From Bacilli bacterium (GTDB lineage Bacteria; Bacillota_I; Bacilli_A; RF39; UBA660), in the NCBI GenBank assembly GCA_017484065.1, contig JAFUTX010000017.1:430-64429 (forward strand): a DNA stretch of 64,000 nucleotides, written 5' to 3'. The notes beneath the pieces are model-generated. The model ran no database searches. It worked only from the letters and a program-made list of their open reading frames with translations, and was not told the DNA's origin. Position numbers and translations under genes: made by a program. Positions 28,755 through 39,014 of this stretch are shown here, in pieces (the first letter of the stretch is position 1; the number at the start of each line of letters is the position of its first letter).

Positions 28755-29439
28755 TTTTTATCACCTTTTTTCTAAATATAACAACTATAACAACTAAAAT
28801 AAATAATCCTAGAATATATAATCCATATTTTTTATTAATACTTACTTTTTCACCTGATTCGTTATTCTTTTTGGTATCTGTATTTTTTTCTAAATACTTA
28901 TTCACTTCTGTAAAAAACTTATCTTCTGAAAAATCATTAGAAACAAAGGTGTTACAATAAACAATTTTATCTCTAATACCATCACAAATAGTATAATTAG
29001 AATAAGGATTAAACTTAGGAGTACTCATGTACATTGTTCTAATTTTATTAGTATTACATTCACTTTGTTCATTATTTACAAAGACATCCGCTTGATATGT
29101 ATTAATAACGTCTATATCATAGTTTTTTATTAGTATTTTGCCTTCTTCAGTATCGTTATAATTATAAAAACCAATTAGCTTATTATCATCATTAATTCTA
29201 ATAGATAATTCTGGGCTTAATCCAGCTACGTTTATATTTAGCACACGATATTTAGCATAAGAATCGGGAGATCCTAAAACTTTAATATTTTTATTTTCTT
29301 CTATAGTATCTTCATAAGATAATTTAATTTGACCTGCTAAAGAGCTATATTTAGCCAATTCTTCATTACTACACTCAGCTTTAATAAATGTTGGAATAAA
29401 TAAAACCATAAGTAAAACAATTTGTACAATTTTCTTCAT
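28738..29439 (-). CDS. Exported protein with a C-terminal TM anchor, translationally coupled to the giant Cys-rich protein
   Basis: The signal peptide is MKKIVQIVLLMVLFIPTFIKA. The C-terminal anchor is LYILGLFILVVIVVIFRKK. It overlaps the downstream start by 17 nt. Confidence 0.6.
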   Translation of the reverse strand: MKKIVQIVLLMVLFIPTFIKAECSNEELAKYSSLAGQIKLSYEDTIEENKNIKVLGSPDSYAKYRVLNINVAGLSPELSIRINDDNKLIGFYNYNDTEEGKILIKNYDIDVINTYQADVFVNNEQSECNTNKIRTMYMSTPKFNPYSNYTICDGIRDKIVYCNTFVSNDFSEDKFFTEVNKYLEKNTDTKKNNESGEKVSINKKYGLYILGLFILVVIVVIFRKKVIKNVKKK

Positions 29440-29544
29440 TTTATTCCTCCATCTACTATTTTTCTACATAATAATTATACAATAATAATTAGATAAAGTA
29501 TAGACTTTTTTAGAGAATATGCTATTATATCTTTGGTGAAGAAA

Positions 29545-30651
29545 ATGCAAGTAATTGGTGTAATTGTTGAATACAATCCATTTCATAATGGCCATGTATA
29601 TCACATTAATAAAATCAAAGAAAAATACCCTGATAGCATTATTATAGCAGTAATAAGTAATTATTTTTTAGAACGCGGAGAAATATCTATTCTTTCTAAA
29701 GATGCTAAAACTAATATCGCTTTAAAGCATGGTATAGATATAGTTATAGAGTTACCAACCATCTGTGCTGTTGAAAGCGCTGATATATTTGCAAATAATG
29801 CCATTAAATTGTTAAACTACTTAAAAGTAAATAAAATAATATTTGGCAGTGAATCTAATAATATAGAGCAATTAGAACAAATAGTAAATATTGAACTAAA
29901 TGATAAGGAATATGATAAAAGAATTAAAGAATATTTAGACTTAGGATATAACTACCCTACTAGTATGAATAAAGCTTTAAATATTGAAGGAATTAACTCA
30001 CCTAATGATTTATTAGGGATATCTTATATAAAAGCTATAAAAGAAAATAATTATGACATAGAATATGAATCTATCAAAAGGACAAATGATTATCACGATA
30101 CTGCTAGTAACTCTACTATTATAAGTGCTAGTAACATACGTAATAAAATAAGAAATAATGAAGATATTAATAGTTATTTACCAGAAGATTCTTATAAATC
30201 AATAATAAAAATAAATGATAATAAATTATTTGAATTATTAAAATACAAAATTATCTCTTCTACTAATTTAGATATAATTAAAGGTGTTGATGAAGGTATA
30301 CATAATAAATTAAAAAAAGAAATCATTAATGCAAAAAATATTAATGAGTTAACAGAAAGAATTAAAAGTAAAAGATACACTTATAATAGAATTAATAGAA
30401 TGTATATTAATATATTATTAGATATTCAAAAAAATGTAAAATACGAAATAGACTACATAAAAGTATTAGGGTTTAATGATAAAGGCCGCAAATATTTAAA
30501 TAGCATAAAAAAAGAAATAGATAAATCTCTAATTCCTAATAACAATTCCTATATTTACCAATGTGAACTAAAAGCATCTTTAATCTATGATTTAATTACT
30601 AAGCAAAATACATATATATTTGAAATTAAAAACAAGCCAATTATTAATTAG
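29545..30651 (+). CDS. tmcAL: tRNA(Met) cytidine acetate ligase (YlbM family)
   Basis: VIGVIVEYNPFHNGHVYH and the rest align by eye with B. subtilis YlbM. The likely start is ATG at 29545. Confidence 0.85.
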   Translation: MQVIGVIVEYNPFHNGHVYHINKIKEKYPDSIIIAVISNYFLERGEISILSKDAKTNIALKHGIDIVIELPTICAVESADIFANNAIKLLNYLKVNKIIFGSESNNIEQLEQIVNIELNDKEYDKRIKEYLDLGYNYPTSMNKALNIEGINSPNDLLGISYIKAIKENNYDIEYESIKRTNDYHDTASNSTIISASNIRNKIRNNEDINSYLPEDSYKSIIKINDNKLFELLKYKIISSTNLDIIKGVDEGIHNKLKKEIINAKNINELTERIKSKRYTYNRINRMYINILLDIQKNVKYEIDYIKVLGFNDKGRKYLNSIKKEIDKSLIPNNNSYIYQCELKASLIYDLITKQNTYIFEIKNKPIIN

Positions 30652-30663
30652 CTTGTTTTATTA

Positions 30664-31161
30664 TTAGTTTTTCTTAGTAATTTCTTTGAATTTGTTATAT
30701 GCAACGTCATCCATTGGTTTAGCACCAACAAATTCATCTTTACCAAATCCTAACATTGGCCAGAAAATTACTGGTAATAGAATTAAACCTGCTGCATATC
30801 CATCGCTTTTACCAAAGCTACGAGCTACACTTACATTTAATAAAATAGTAAAATATAATGCTACTACAAATTGAATTAAACTACCTACTACAGGTATTAA
30901 GGCTAATATTGGACTTAATAGTACAACTATAACCCAATAAGGATTAACTCCTACCATTTCACACATTACCCAATTATTATAAATTGGAATAATAGCCGCC
31001 CATCCAGGTTTACCACCCTTTTTTAAAGCTTTCCATTGACCAATTATTACAACAATTGAAATAACCAATGCAATAAGAACAATAACTAAAAGAAATGCTC
31101 CTAATGCCGCTAAGATACCAGCTCCTACGCCTTCAGTATCAAAATTAATAGTATAATTCAC
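30664..31161 (-). CDS. Small multi-pass membrane protein (DUF5684-like); paralog of 3306..3728
   Basis: See the shared motifs listed for 3306..3728. Confidence 0.6.
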   Translation of the reverse strand: MNYTINFDTEGVGAGILAALGAFLLVIVLIALVISIVVIIGQWKALKKGGKPGWAAIIPIYNNWVMCEMVGVNPYWVIVVLLSPILALIPVVGSLIQFVVALYFTILLNVSVARSFGKSDGYAAGLILLPVIFWPMLGFGKDEFVGAKPMDDVAYNKFKEITKKN

Positions 31162-31237
31162 AAATACTCCTCCTTTTCTTGCCTAGATAATAACATAAAA
31201 CTTAAAAAAAAGCTACAAAAATGTCTAAATTTGTAGC

Positions 31238-34200
31238 TTAATCTTGTTCAAACGATAATAATGTTCTAATATCTTCTTCGCTTAAAGTATCTAACATTGT
31301 ACTTTCATCCGCATCAATAATTTTATCACTAAGCATTTTCTTTTTAGCTTGTAGATCAGCTATTTTTTCTTCTATAGTTCCCTTACTAATAATTTTAATA
31401 ACCTCTACAGTATTCTTTTGTCCAATACGATGAGTTCGATCGGTAGCTTGGTTTTCTGCTTGAGGATTCCACCACAAATCTAAGTGAATTACCACATCAG
31501 CACTTGTTAAGTTAAGACCGGTACCTCCACTTTTTAACATTATTAAGAAAACGTTAGTATCATCTTTATTAAATTGCTCAACAAGTTGTTGCCTCTTACT
31601 AGCCGCTACATCTCCCGCTATCGTATAGCTTGTAATCCCTTCTTTATCAAATTCAGCCTTTACTATGTTTAATGCAGTTTTAAAACTAGTAAATAATAGA
31701 ATTTTATGACCATTGTCAATTACTTCATGAACCACTTTGATTAAATTATCAATCTTACTGCTTCTACCATTATAGTTTTCATAAACTATTTTAGGGTCTA
31801 TACATATTTGTCTTAATCTAGTGAGTAATTGTAGTATCATAAATTTAGCTTTCAAAAATCCCGATTCTTTAATTAAAGCATTCATTTTTTCATTAGTCTC
31901 TTTTACAACTTTTGTATATATCTTCTTTTGATCTTCGTTTAGTTCAACATATATATTATTCTCGATTTTAGGAGGTAAATCTTTTAATACATCGCTTTTC
32001 TTTCTTCTTAAAATAAATGGATGTACTTGTTTATTTAAATCATCTATTGTTTTTAAACTTTCTTCATCAAAATCTTTAATAACATATTTGCTGTTAAATT
32101 TTGACTTATTATTTAAGATACCTGGCATAATAAAGTCAAATATACTCCATAATTCAATAACTGAGTTTTCAATTGGTGTACCTGTTAAAGCTAGTTTAGT
32201 TAAAGCTGGTATTTCTTTTACGGCTTTAGTAATTCCTGCAGTAGGATTTTTAATATTTTGAGCTTCATCAATAATACACACTCTAAATTGTTTTTCTTTA
32301 TATAAATCAATATCTATTCTAGCTAAACCATAAGTAGTAACATAAACTGTATGTTTAAATTCATTTAATATTTCCGTTCTTTTTTCTTTTTCACCATTAA
32401 CTAATACTACATTAATTTCTGGAGCAAACTTTTGAAATTCATTTTGCCAGTTATATAAAAGTGATGTAGGTACCACTATTAAGAATTTGTTAAATTTATC
32501 TTCTTGTAATAATTTACGAATATATATAATAGTTTGTAAACTTTTTCCAAGTCCCATTTCATCAGCAAGTATACCCCCTAAATCACATTTAGTTATATTA
32601 TATAACCATTTAACACCAGTCACTTGATAATCTCTAAGTAGTTTTAATTCGTCTTTAGTAAATTCTACCTCACTATCTTGATATTTTTTAAAATTATCTA
32701 TAAAGTTATCAAATAAGTTATTAGTTTTTATAATACTATATTTTTCTTTCTTTAAACTATCTAAGTAAATAGCACGATATTTAGGTATTACACCACTATC
32801 TCCATCAATATCCAAATCTTCCATTAGATTACTTAATTGGTTTAGAGAATCATCTTGCAAATCAACTATGTTACCATTTTTTAAACGATAGTATTTTTTC
32901 TTAAGTCTTAAAGATTCTATTACTTTATCTAATTCAGATTTATCAATATCATTTAATTCAAAGTTATAACTTAGTATATTATCTGTACCAATACTAAATG
33001 TTGTGCTACCAACAGCTTTTTTAACTAACTTAGTATTCTTTATTTTTTTAGTAGTAAATATTTGATATTTATTACTTAGTTCTTTTAATCCTTTTTCTAA
33101 AAAGGAAACCATTCTTTCTAAATCTTCAATGACAAATTCATGAGTGGTATCAATAAAGCCTTGTATTAATAAATCGTTAACTACACTATTTTCAAAATCG
33201 TAATCTCTTATTAATTGAGTATTATTATTTATGTGATAATCTACTTCTTCTTCATTATACTTAAATTTTAAATTAGCAGTAATAAATTCATCAGTCATAT
33301 CAAAATATATTTGTGGTTCTGCTTTAATGTCTAAATTTAAATCTTCTACTCCAGCACCTAAAGCTAGATTATCTTTAAATATAGGTAATAAATTCTCTGT
33401 AAAAGAATTAAAATCCTTTTCATCAAAAACTAATTTATCTAATCCAAGTTCATTCATACTATGTAAAAATTCTCTGTTTTTCTTATTTAAATGGTATAAA
33501 GATCCTTGATAATAAATATATTCTAAATCATCAAATAATTCATAGTAATCGCCGCTTTCAAGAGCTAGACGATAATTATTATCTTCTTTTTCTAAAACAC
33601 TTTTAAAAGGAAACTTAGTTTTAATATGTTCAATAAATCCTAAGTTGTCTATATAAAAAGGCGTATCTTTTAACATATTAAGTAACTTTTTTAAATCCTT
33701 TTCATTTATATATAAAGTATTATAATGATAATTGCAATTTGAATCAATAAAATCTATAATTTTAGAGTTAATATCATTAAAGAACATTTCATCACTTTTA
33801 TATACAAAGCTTTTGCCAAATGCTACTTCACTCACTCCATCTTTAAACGCACTCATAAAAGCATTATATTTAGAAGTTAATGAATATAATTTATCTGTTC
33901 CTATTTTTATTTTTAAATAATAGTTTTTACGATAATAATAGTAGTAATGATCATCTATGCCAACAGTTAATTCTAAAAAGCACTCCTTCTTAATCTTTTT
34001 ACTATTGTCATTATTGAATATTTTAAACAATTCTTTTGTTTTATTAATGATATCTATTTCACTTTTAAAATTAAATAGTTTATTACTATAAGTTATTAGG
34101 CATGCTGCTACATGTTTACATGTTTTTTCTTTTTGATGGTCAATACAAGTACATTCAGTGTATTTAACATCATTTTTTTGTGTAACAATTCTTACTATGT

Positions 34201-34348
34201 AAGGTTTTCTATCTTCTTTAACAATGAAATTATAATTATTATCATAAGTATTCATTAATATGATATCATCTTCATCAATTAATAAACCATTATTATAATC
34301 TTCTTCTGATACTACATTTTTAATTATATTATCTATTTCTTGTAGCAT
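31238..34348 (-). CDS. SNF2-family helicase with an N-terminal SWIM zinc finger
   Basis: SWIM motif CTCIDHQKEKTCKHVAAC. Helicase motifs ILADEMGLGKS, DEAQNIKN, LTGTPIEN and QATDRTHRIGQ. Confidence 0.85.
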   Translation of the reverse strand: MLQEIDNIIKNVVSEEDYNNGLLIDEDDIILMNTYDNNYNFIVKEDRKPYIVRIVTQKNDVKYTECTCIDHQKEKTCKHVAACLITYSNKLFNFKSEIDIINKTKELFKIFNNDNSKKIKKECFLELTVGIDDHYYYYYRKNYYLKIKIGTDKLYSLTSKYNAFMSAFKDGVSEVAFGKSFVYKSDEMFFNDINSKIIDFIDSNCNYHYNTLYINEKDLKKLLNMLKDTPFYIDNLGFIEHIKTKFPFKSVLEKEDNNYRLALESGDYYELFDDLEYIYYQGSLYHLNKKNREFLHSMNELGLDKLVFDEKDFNSFTENLLPIFKDNLALGAGVEDLNLDIKAEPQIYFDMTDEFITANLKFKYNEEEVDYHINNNTQLIRDYDFENSVVNDLLIQGFIDTTHEFVIEDLERMVSFLEKGLKELSNKYQIFTTKKIKNTKLVKKAVGSTTFSIGTDNILSYNFELNDIDKSELDKVIESLRLKKKYYRLKNGNIVDLQDDSLNQLSNLMEDLDIDGDSGVIPKYRAIYLDSLKKEKYSIIKTNNLFDNFIDNFKKYQDSEVEFTKDELKLLRDYQVTGVKWLYNITKCDLGGILADEMGLGKSLQTIIYIRKLLQEDKFNKFLIVVPTSLLYNWQNEFQKFAPEINVVLVNGEKEKRTEILNEFKHTVYVTTYGLARIDIDLYKEKQFRVCIIDEAQNIKNPTAGITKAVKEIPALTKLALTGTPIENSVIELWSIFDFIMPGILNNKSKFNSKYVIKDFDEESLKTIDDLNKQVHPFILRRKKSDVLKDLPPKIENNIYVELNEDQKKIYTKVVKETNEKMNALIKESGFLKAKFMILQLLTRLRQICIDPKIVYENYNGRSSKIDNLIKVVHEVIDNGHKILLFTSFKTALNIVKAEFDKEGITSYTIAGDVAASKRQQLVEQFNKDDTNVFLIMLKSGGTGLNLTSADVVIHLDLWWNPQAENQATDRTHRIGQKNTVEVIKIISKGTIEEKIADLQAKKKMLSDKIIDADESTMLDTLSEEDIRTLLSFEQD

Positions 34349-34429
34349 ATAAACACCTCCAAGTAGCCATCTATTATTATAGCAAAAATATGTTCGTATA
34401 GCAAATTAAATTTCAAAAAAAAGAAACTT

Positions 34430-35260
34430 CTATTTTCTAGTAAGTTTCTTTACTTTACTGTTACTATTTATTTCTTCTTTAAAACTATTATTTAAGAAAT
34501 AATCTATTCCATTATCTTCTAAACCTTGTTCATATGATAATGGTTCATGATATCCCCTAGCAGAAAATAATACATTTTCACTTAATAATGTTTTATGTCT
34601 TTCATTAACATACCATTTAATCTTTTCTATATTAATCCATGCATAGCTATCAACCGGATAAAAATTACCATCACTTAATATTACACCATCTTTACCATAG
34701 ATTAAATCTTTATTAATATGGCATCTAATATACTTTTTACCATCCAGTTCATAAACGATTTTATAACCTGGAATAAAATCATCATAATTTAAGCTTACAT
34801 TTTGACTAATTACATCCTTAGATATTGTTAACTCTTCATTTTGAAATAAACTCTCTAATATATTTTGTTGTTTAGAATTTACAACATTCATCGGATATTG
34901 TCCATAATTAATATATTTTATGTCATTTTCAATTATTAATTCGTTAGTTAATTCTTCTAAAGTATCATAATGAATTATTGGTCTAACACCTGCAAAACGA
35001 TAATCATGAGTATGAGCAAGTCCACTACCATCTATTATAACCACATGGTTATGCTCATCATTTTCTTCAAATTTAGTTATATAGTAACCTGTTCTATTAG
35101 CCAAATTTGAACGGATTATATCGGTATAATAATCTCCTACAAAAATACCATTAATAATAGCATAATCAGTTACATTAGCTGGCAAACCAATTTTATTTAT
35201 TATATCTAATTTGTTTTTGCCAAATAAATCTTCATTAGTTGGTACAGTAATATAAATCAT
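34430..35260 (-). CDS. Hypothetical cytoplasmic protein
   Basis: ORF only, with no signal peptide. It contains YRFAGVRPII, reminiscent of the ..GLRPVL ending of the 1..1527 product. This is a weak motif-level resemblance only. Confidence 0.45.
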   Translation of the reverse strand: MIYITVPTNEDLFGKNKLDIINKIGLPANVTDYAIINGIFVGDYYTDIIRSNLANRTGYYITKFEENDEHNHVVIIDGSGLAHTHDYRFAGVRPIIHYDTLEELTNELIIENDIKYINYGQYPMNVVNSKQQNILESLFQNEELTISKDVISQNVSLNYDDFIPGYKIVYELDGKKYIRCHINKDLIYGKDGVILSDGNFYPVDSYAWINIEKIKWYVNERHKTLLSENVLFSARGYHEPLSYEQGLEDNGIDYFLNNSFKEEINSNSKVKKLTRK

Positions 35261-35310
35261 AGTCCATCACCTTGGTGGTTATGATAGCATAAGTATCCTT
35301 TTAAAGCAAT

Positions 35311-35345
35311 AAAAATAAAAAATCAATTCCATTTCTAGAATTGAT
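35311..35345 (-). terminator. Intrinsic terminator after tRNA-Thr
   Basis: The minus strand reads ATCAATTC-N8-GAATTGAT followed by TTTTTATTTTT. Confidence 0.7.
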
Positions 35346-35387
35346 ATTTATTAGTAAATTGAACCAAAGTTCAACCAGATTCTTTAA

Positions 35388-35463
35388 TGGTGCTGACTGA
35401 GAGATTTGAACTCCCGACCTACGCGTTACGAGGGCGTTGCACTACCAACTGTGCTAAGTCAGC
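35388..35463 (-). tRNA. tRNA-Thr (anticodon CGU), CCA encoded
   Basis: Manual fold: acceptor GCTGACT/AGTCAGC; D stem GCAC/GTGC; anticodon loop CTCGTAA; T arm GGGAG-TTCAAAT-CTCTC; 3' ACCA. Length is 76 nt. There is one C-C mismatch at positions 31-39. Confidence 0.85.
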
Positions 35464-35510
35464 TTTTTGTACCTTGAGTACATAATAAATATATCAAATA
35501 ATTATTCTTT

Positions 35511-37046
35511 TTACAAATACTTTTCTTCAACTAAATTATTTTTTATTTTTTCATTTATTACTAAATACTTAGTTGTAAGTAACATAGCTGCTACAGAACT
35601 AGCATTTTTTAGTGCTGTAATTATTACTTCAACAGGGTCAATTATATCAATATTGTCTTCCAAAGAATTATTCTTTAAATTGATTATTTTTTGATAATTA
35701 CTTTTTCTTATTAATTCCTCCATAGTTTTATTATCTACGCCACTATTTATCATTATCTTATTAAATGGTTCGCTTAGTACCTCTTTTAAAATGGCATCTC
35801 CAGCATTATTTACATTTAATTCATTGCTTATTTTTAACAAAGTAATACCTTCTCCTGTAACAACTCCCATGCTTGCTATATGTATAGCATTTAAAGCATC
35901 CTCTAAGCGCATTATTTTTTCTCTTATTTCTACCTTAGTTGATCCTCCTACAAATAAAGTTGCTATTCCTGTATTTAATTTAGCTAATCTATTTGCTATA
36001 AATTCTTTATCATAATCACTATTACAATTATCAAACTCATTCTTTAGTTCTTTTATATATTTTTTATCTATATCATTATATATTACTAATTCATCTTTAT
36101 TAATTGTTATGTATTTACATAAGCCTAAGTCTGCACAATCCACACTTTCATAATCAATATTCTTAATATTTGCTGTAGTAATTGTTGAAATATCTTTAAT
36201 AATACTTTCTTTTCTTGTAGCATATTCTGGTAAATTAAATAAGTAGATATTCTTATCATTGTGTAAATTATATACTAATAATTCTTGAGTTAATACATTA
36301 TCATAATCTTCTGCTAATATTACTATTTTTTTATTATTCACTATGCCTTCATTAATAATATCACTTATTTGTTCTAAACTATTTAAATAACCTTTGATAA
36401 GTAAAATATAAACATCTTCTAATCTTATTTCTAAATCATTAGAAAAATATAGATTAGATACATTATTAAGTTCAATACTGTAACCATTTTTGATTTCATA
36501 ATATGTTTTATCATTATTACTTTCTTTTAAGATAATTGCATATTTGCTTTTAACTATTTCAAATAATTGAACTAATATTTTAGCTAACTCTAAATCGTTA
36601 CAAGAAGTACAAGCCACATTAATTAAATCTTCTTTATTAGGTTTTCTTTTTTCATTATTAATCATTTCTACAACTTCTTTAGTAGCAGATATTAACTCTT
36701 TTTTTAAAACTATGGCATCCTTACCATTATTAATTAAATCTAAACCATGCTTAAATATACTTTGTAATAGCACTAAAGTTGTTGTAGTCCCATCTCCGAC
36801 TAATTGATTAGTTTTATTAGCAGCTTCTTTCAAAATATCTAAAATAGTATTAATTTTAATATCATCACTTTCAATTGAATTAGCAATAGTTACCCCATCA
36901 TTTGTAATATATGGACTTACCTCATCATTATTAATTATTACATTATTACCACTTGGACCTAATGTAGATGATACTGTATCACATAGTAAATTAACTGCAT
37001 CTAACATTACTTTTTTTAATTCTTCGTTATTTATTACCTTCTTCAT
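35511..37046 (-). CDS. Divergent GroEL/Cpn60-family chaperonin paralog (no groES, no GGM tail)
   Basis: Motifs TLGPSGNNVII, ITNDGVTIANSIE and LVGDGTTTT match GroEL N-terminal and equatorial motifs. VTGEG replaces the canonical VPGGG. The protein ends NNLVEEKYL. The likely start is ATG at 37046 after GGAGG, overlapping the upstream gene. Confidence 0.75.
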   Translation of the reverse strand: MKKVINNEELKKVMLDAVNLLCDTVSSTLGPSGNNVIINNDEVSPYITNDGVTIANSIESDDIKINTILDILKEAANKTNQLVGDGTTTTLVLLQSIFKHGLDLINNGKDAIVLKKELISATKEVVEMINNEKRKPNKEDLINVACTSCNDLELAKILVQLFEIVKSKYAIILKESNNDKTYYEIKNGYSIELNNVSNLYFSNDLEIRLEDVYILLIKGYLNSLEQISDIINEGIVNNKKIVILAEDYDNVLTQELLVYNLHNDKNIYLFNLPEYATRKESIIKDISTITTANIKNIDYESVDCADLGLCKYITINKDELVIYNDIDKKYIKELKNEFDNCNSDYDKEFIANRLAKLNTGIATLFVGGSTKVEIREKIMRLEDALNAIHIASMGVVTGEGITLLKISNELNVNNAGDAILKEVLSEPFNKIMINSGVDNKTMEELIRKSNYQKIINLKNNSLEDNIDIIDPVEVIITALKNASSVAAMLLTTKYLVINEKIKNNLVEEKYL

Positions 37047-37779
37047 TACTATCCTCCATCTCAATTATATAATTCCAATATTTTTTAGGCATAAAGTTCA
37101 TTTGACACTTTAAGTTTTTTCTTTCTTTTATAGCAACAGTTTTAAAAAATGTTTTCCATAAATCTTCAACTATGTCTTCTTCACTATTTTTATCTAAATT
37201 AAGTTTTATTATTTCATCTTCTGTTAAATACATTATCTTTTTTAAATCATATAAAGCATAATTATTTCTTTTAACATCTTTAATAATCCAATAATCTTTA
37301 TTAAGTCTTTTTTTAAAATGATTAGCAAGTATTTCTATAACATTATTAGTAGATTCGTATTCTGCATAATAAAAATTATTTTTCATTTGTTTAAATCTTA
37401 AAAAGCCTTTTAATTTATGGGCTTCATTACCTACATTATGAGCAATCTTCAGTATTTTATTTACGCAATTTAAATCACGATGATTAAATATTTTACTTTT
37501 ATATTTTAAAGCATTTTTAATAAAGTAATAGATAATTAATTCTTTATTGTCTACACTGGATAGATAACAATAATAAACAATATGAATGACATTATAAGAT
37601 AAATAATCAAATAGATTAATCTTCTTTTCTAAATTAAGCTGTACGGGTTCATCTAATAAATTTATTTTATATTCTTTATCACTTTTAATATCACTAGGAG
37701 TTATTTTTAAATAGATTAAATCTCCTACTAAAGATATTAATGAGTTAAAACTACCATTATATAAATAAGTTTTATTCAT
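37027..37779 (-). CDS. DUF4130-type 'probable DNA metabolism protein', partner of the radical SAM gene
   Basis: The N-terminus is YLYNGSFNSLISLVGDL, typical of this family. It overlaps both neighbours. Confidence 0.65.
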   Translation of the reverse strand: MNKTYLYNGSFNSLISLVGDLIYLKITPSDIKSDKEYKINLLDEPVQLNLEKKINLFDYLSYNVIHIVYYCYLSSVDNKELIIYYFIKNALKYKSKIFNHRDLNCVNKILKIAHNVGNEAHKLKGFLRFKQMKNNFYYAEYESTNNVIEILANHFKKRLNKDYWIIKDVKRNNYALYDLKKIMYLTEDEIIKLNLDKNSEEDIVEDLWKTFFKTVAIKERKNLKCQMNFMPKKYWNYIIEMEDSNEEGNK

Positions 37780-38986
37780 TAAATAAGCACAACTGTCTAC
37801 CCGTACTATTAATACTTGCTTTATCTTCTAAAACTAAATTCTTTTCAATAAAGTTTTTATTAAATATTGAAGATGCAGCAAAATATTTACCATTACACGT
37901 AATAAAATACTTAGCTCTTTTTAATGATATTCCCATTTTCTTTAAGTCGTTAAACTCTATTTTGAATACTCGTCTAGCTAATATAATTTTTTTGGCTGAC
38001 TTAGGACCAATACCAGGTATTTTTAATAAATCATAATAACTAGACTTATTAATTTCTTTAGGAAACTCATTTAAGTGTCTTAAAGCCCAATCAGCTTTAG
38101 GATCAATTAAAACATTAAAGTTAGGATTATTCTTATCTAATAAATTATCTACTTGGTAATTATAAAATCTTAGTAACCAGTCCGCCTGATAAAGGCGATG
38201 TTCACGAGTTAAAGGTGGAAGTGATAAAGAAGGTAATAGCTTGTCTTTATTAACCGGAATATATGCAGAATAAAATACTCTTTTTAAATCATATCTGTTA
38301 TATAAAGATTCACTTTTGCTTAATATATCTAAATCGGTTTCATGAGTTGCTCCTATTATCATTTGCGTACTTTGACCAGCCGGTGCAAAATTCCTACTCT
38401 TATTTTCTTTAACACTTTTCATAATTTTACTAATGTTATCATTATTTTTATCTGGCGCTAGTAATTTCAAAGAAGAATCAGTTGGTAATTCAATATTAGC
38501 ACTAATTCTATCTGCTAGTCTTCCTAATTTCTTTAGTAAATACTCACTTGCTCCTGGTATAGCTTTTACATGGATATAGCCGTTAAAATGATATTTACTA
38601 CGAAGTAAATACAACGTTTCAATAAGACGTTCCATAGTGTAGTCGGCACTTTTAATAATACCAGAACTTAAAAATAAACCTTCAATATAGTTTCTTTTAT
38701 AAAAATTCATAGTAATCTCGCATATTTCTTCCGGAGTAAATATAGCTCTTTTAACATTATTACTTTTACGATTAATACAGTATTTACAGTCAAATATACA
38801 AGAATTAGTCATAAGTATTTTAAGTAATGATATACACCTACCATCACTACTAAACGAATGACAGATTCCACTATAAGCTACACTACCTACTCCATCTTTG
38901 TTTGAACGTGTACTGCCACTAGATGAACAAGAGGCATCATATTTGGCACTATCACTAAGAATAATTAGTTTTTCTTTTAATGTCAT
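37772..38986 (-). CDS. Putative DNA modification/repair radical SAM protein with a C-terminal helix-hairpin-helix
   Basis: CxxxCxxC motif (CIFDCKYC) and HhH motif LLKIPGIGPKSAKKI. The likely start is ATG at 38986, after AGGTGG. Confidence 0.75.
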   Translation of the reverse strand: MTLKEKLIILSDSAKYDASCSSSGSTRSNKDGVGSVAYSGICHSFSSDGRCISLLKILMTNSCIFDCKYCINRKSNNVKRAIFTPEEICEITMNFYKRNYIEGLFLSSGIIKSADYTMERLIETLYLLRSKYHFNGYIHVKAIPGASEYLLKKLGRLADRISANIELPTDSSLKLLAPDKNNDNISKIMKSVKENKSRNFAPAGQSTQMIIGATHETDLDILSKSESLYNRYDLKRVFYSAYIPVNKDKLLPSLSLPPLTREHRLYQADWLLRFYNYQVDNLLDKNNPNFNVLIDPKADWALRHLNEFPKEINKSSYYDLLKIPGIGPKSAKKIILARRVFKIEFNDLKKMGISLKRAKYFITCNGKYFAASSIFNKNFIEKNLVLEDKASINSTGRQLCLFNE

Positions 38987-39014
38987 ATTTACCACCTATG
39001 TATAGTATACAATA

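Noticed and set aside
35261-35510. tRNA-Thr as an integration site for a prophage or genomic island
   Set aside because: No integrase, no duplicated tRNA 3' end (att repeat) and no phage genes were seen on either side.
35511-37046. Calling this the canonical housekeeping groEL
   Set aside because: It has no groES, no CIRCE and no GGM tail, the VPGGG motif is degenerate, and it is embedded in another operon. I therefore annotated it as a paralog of uncertain role.
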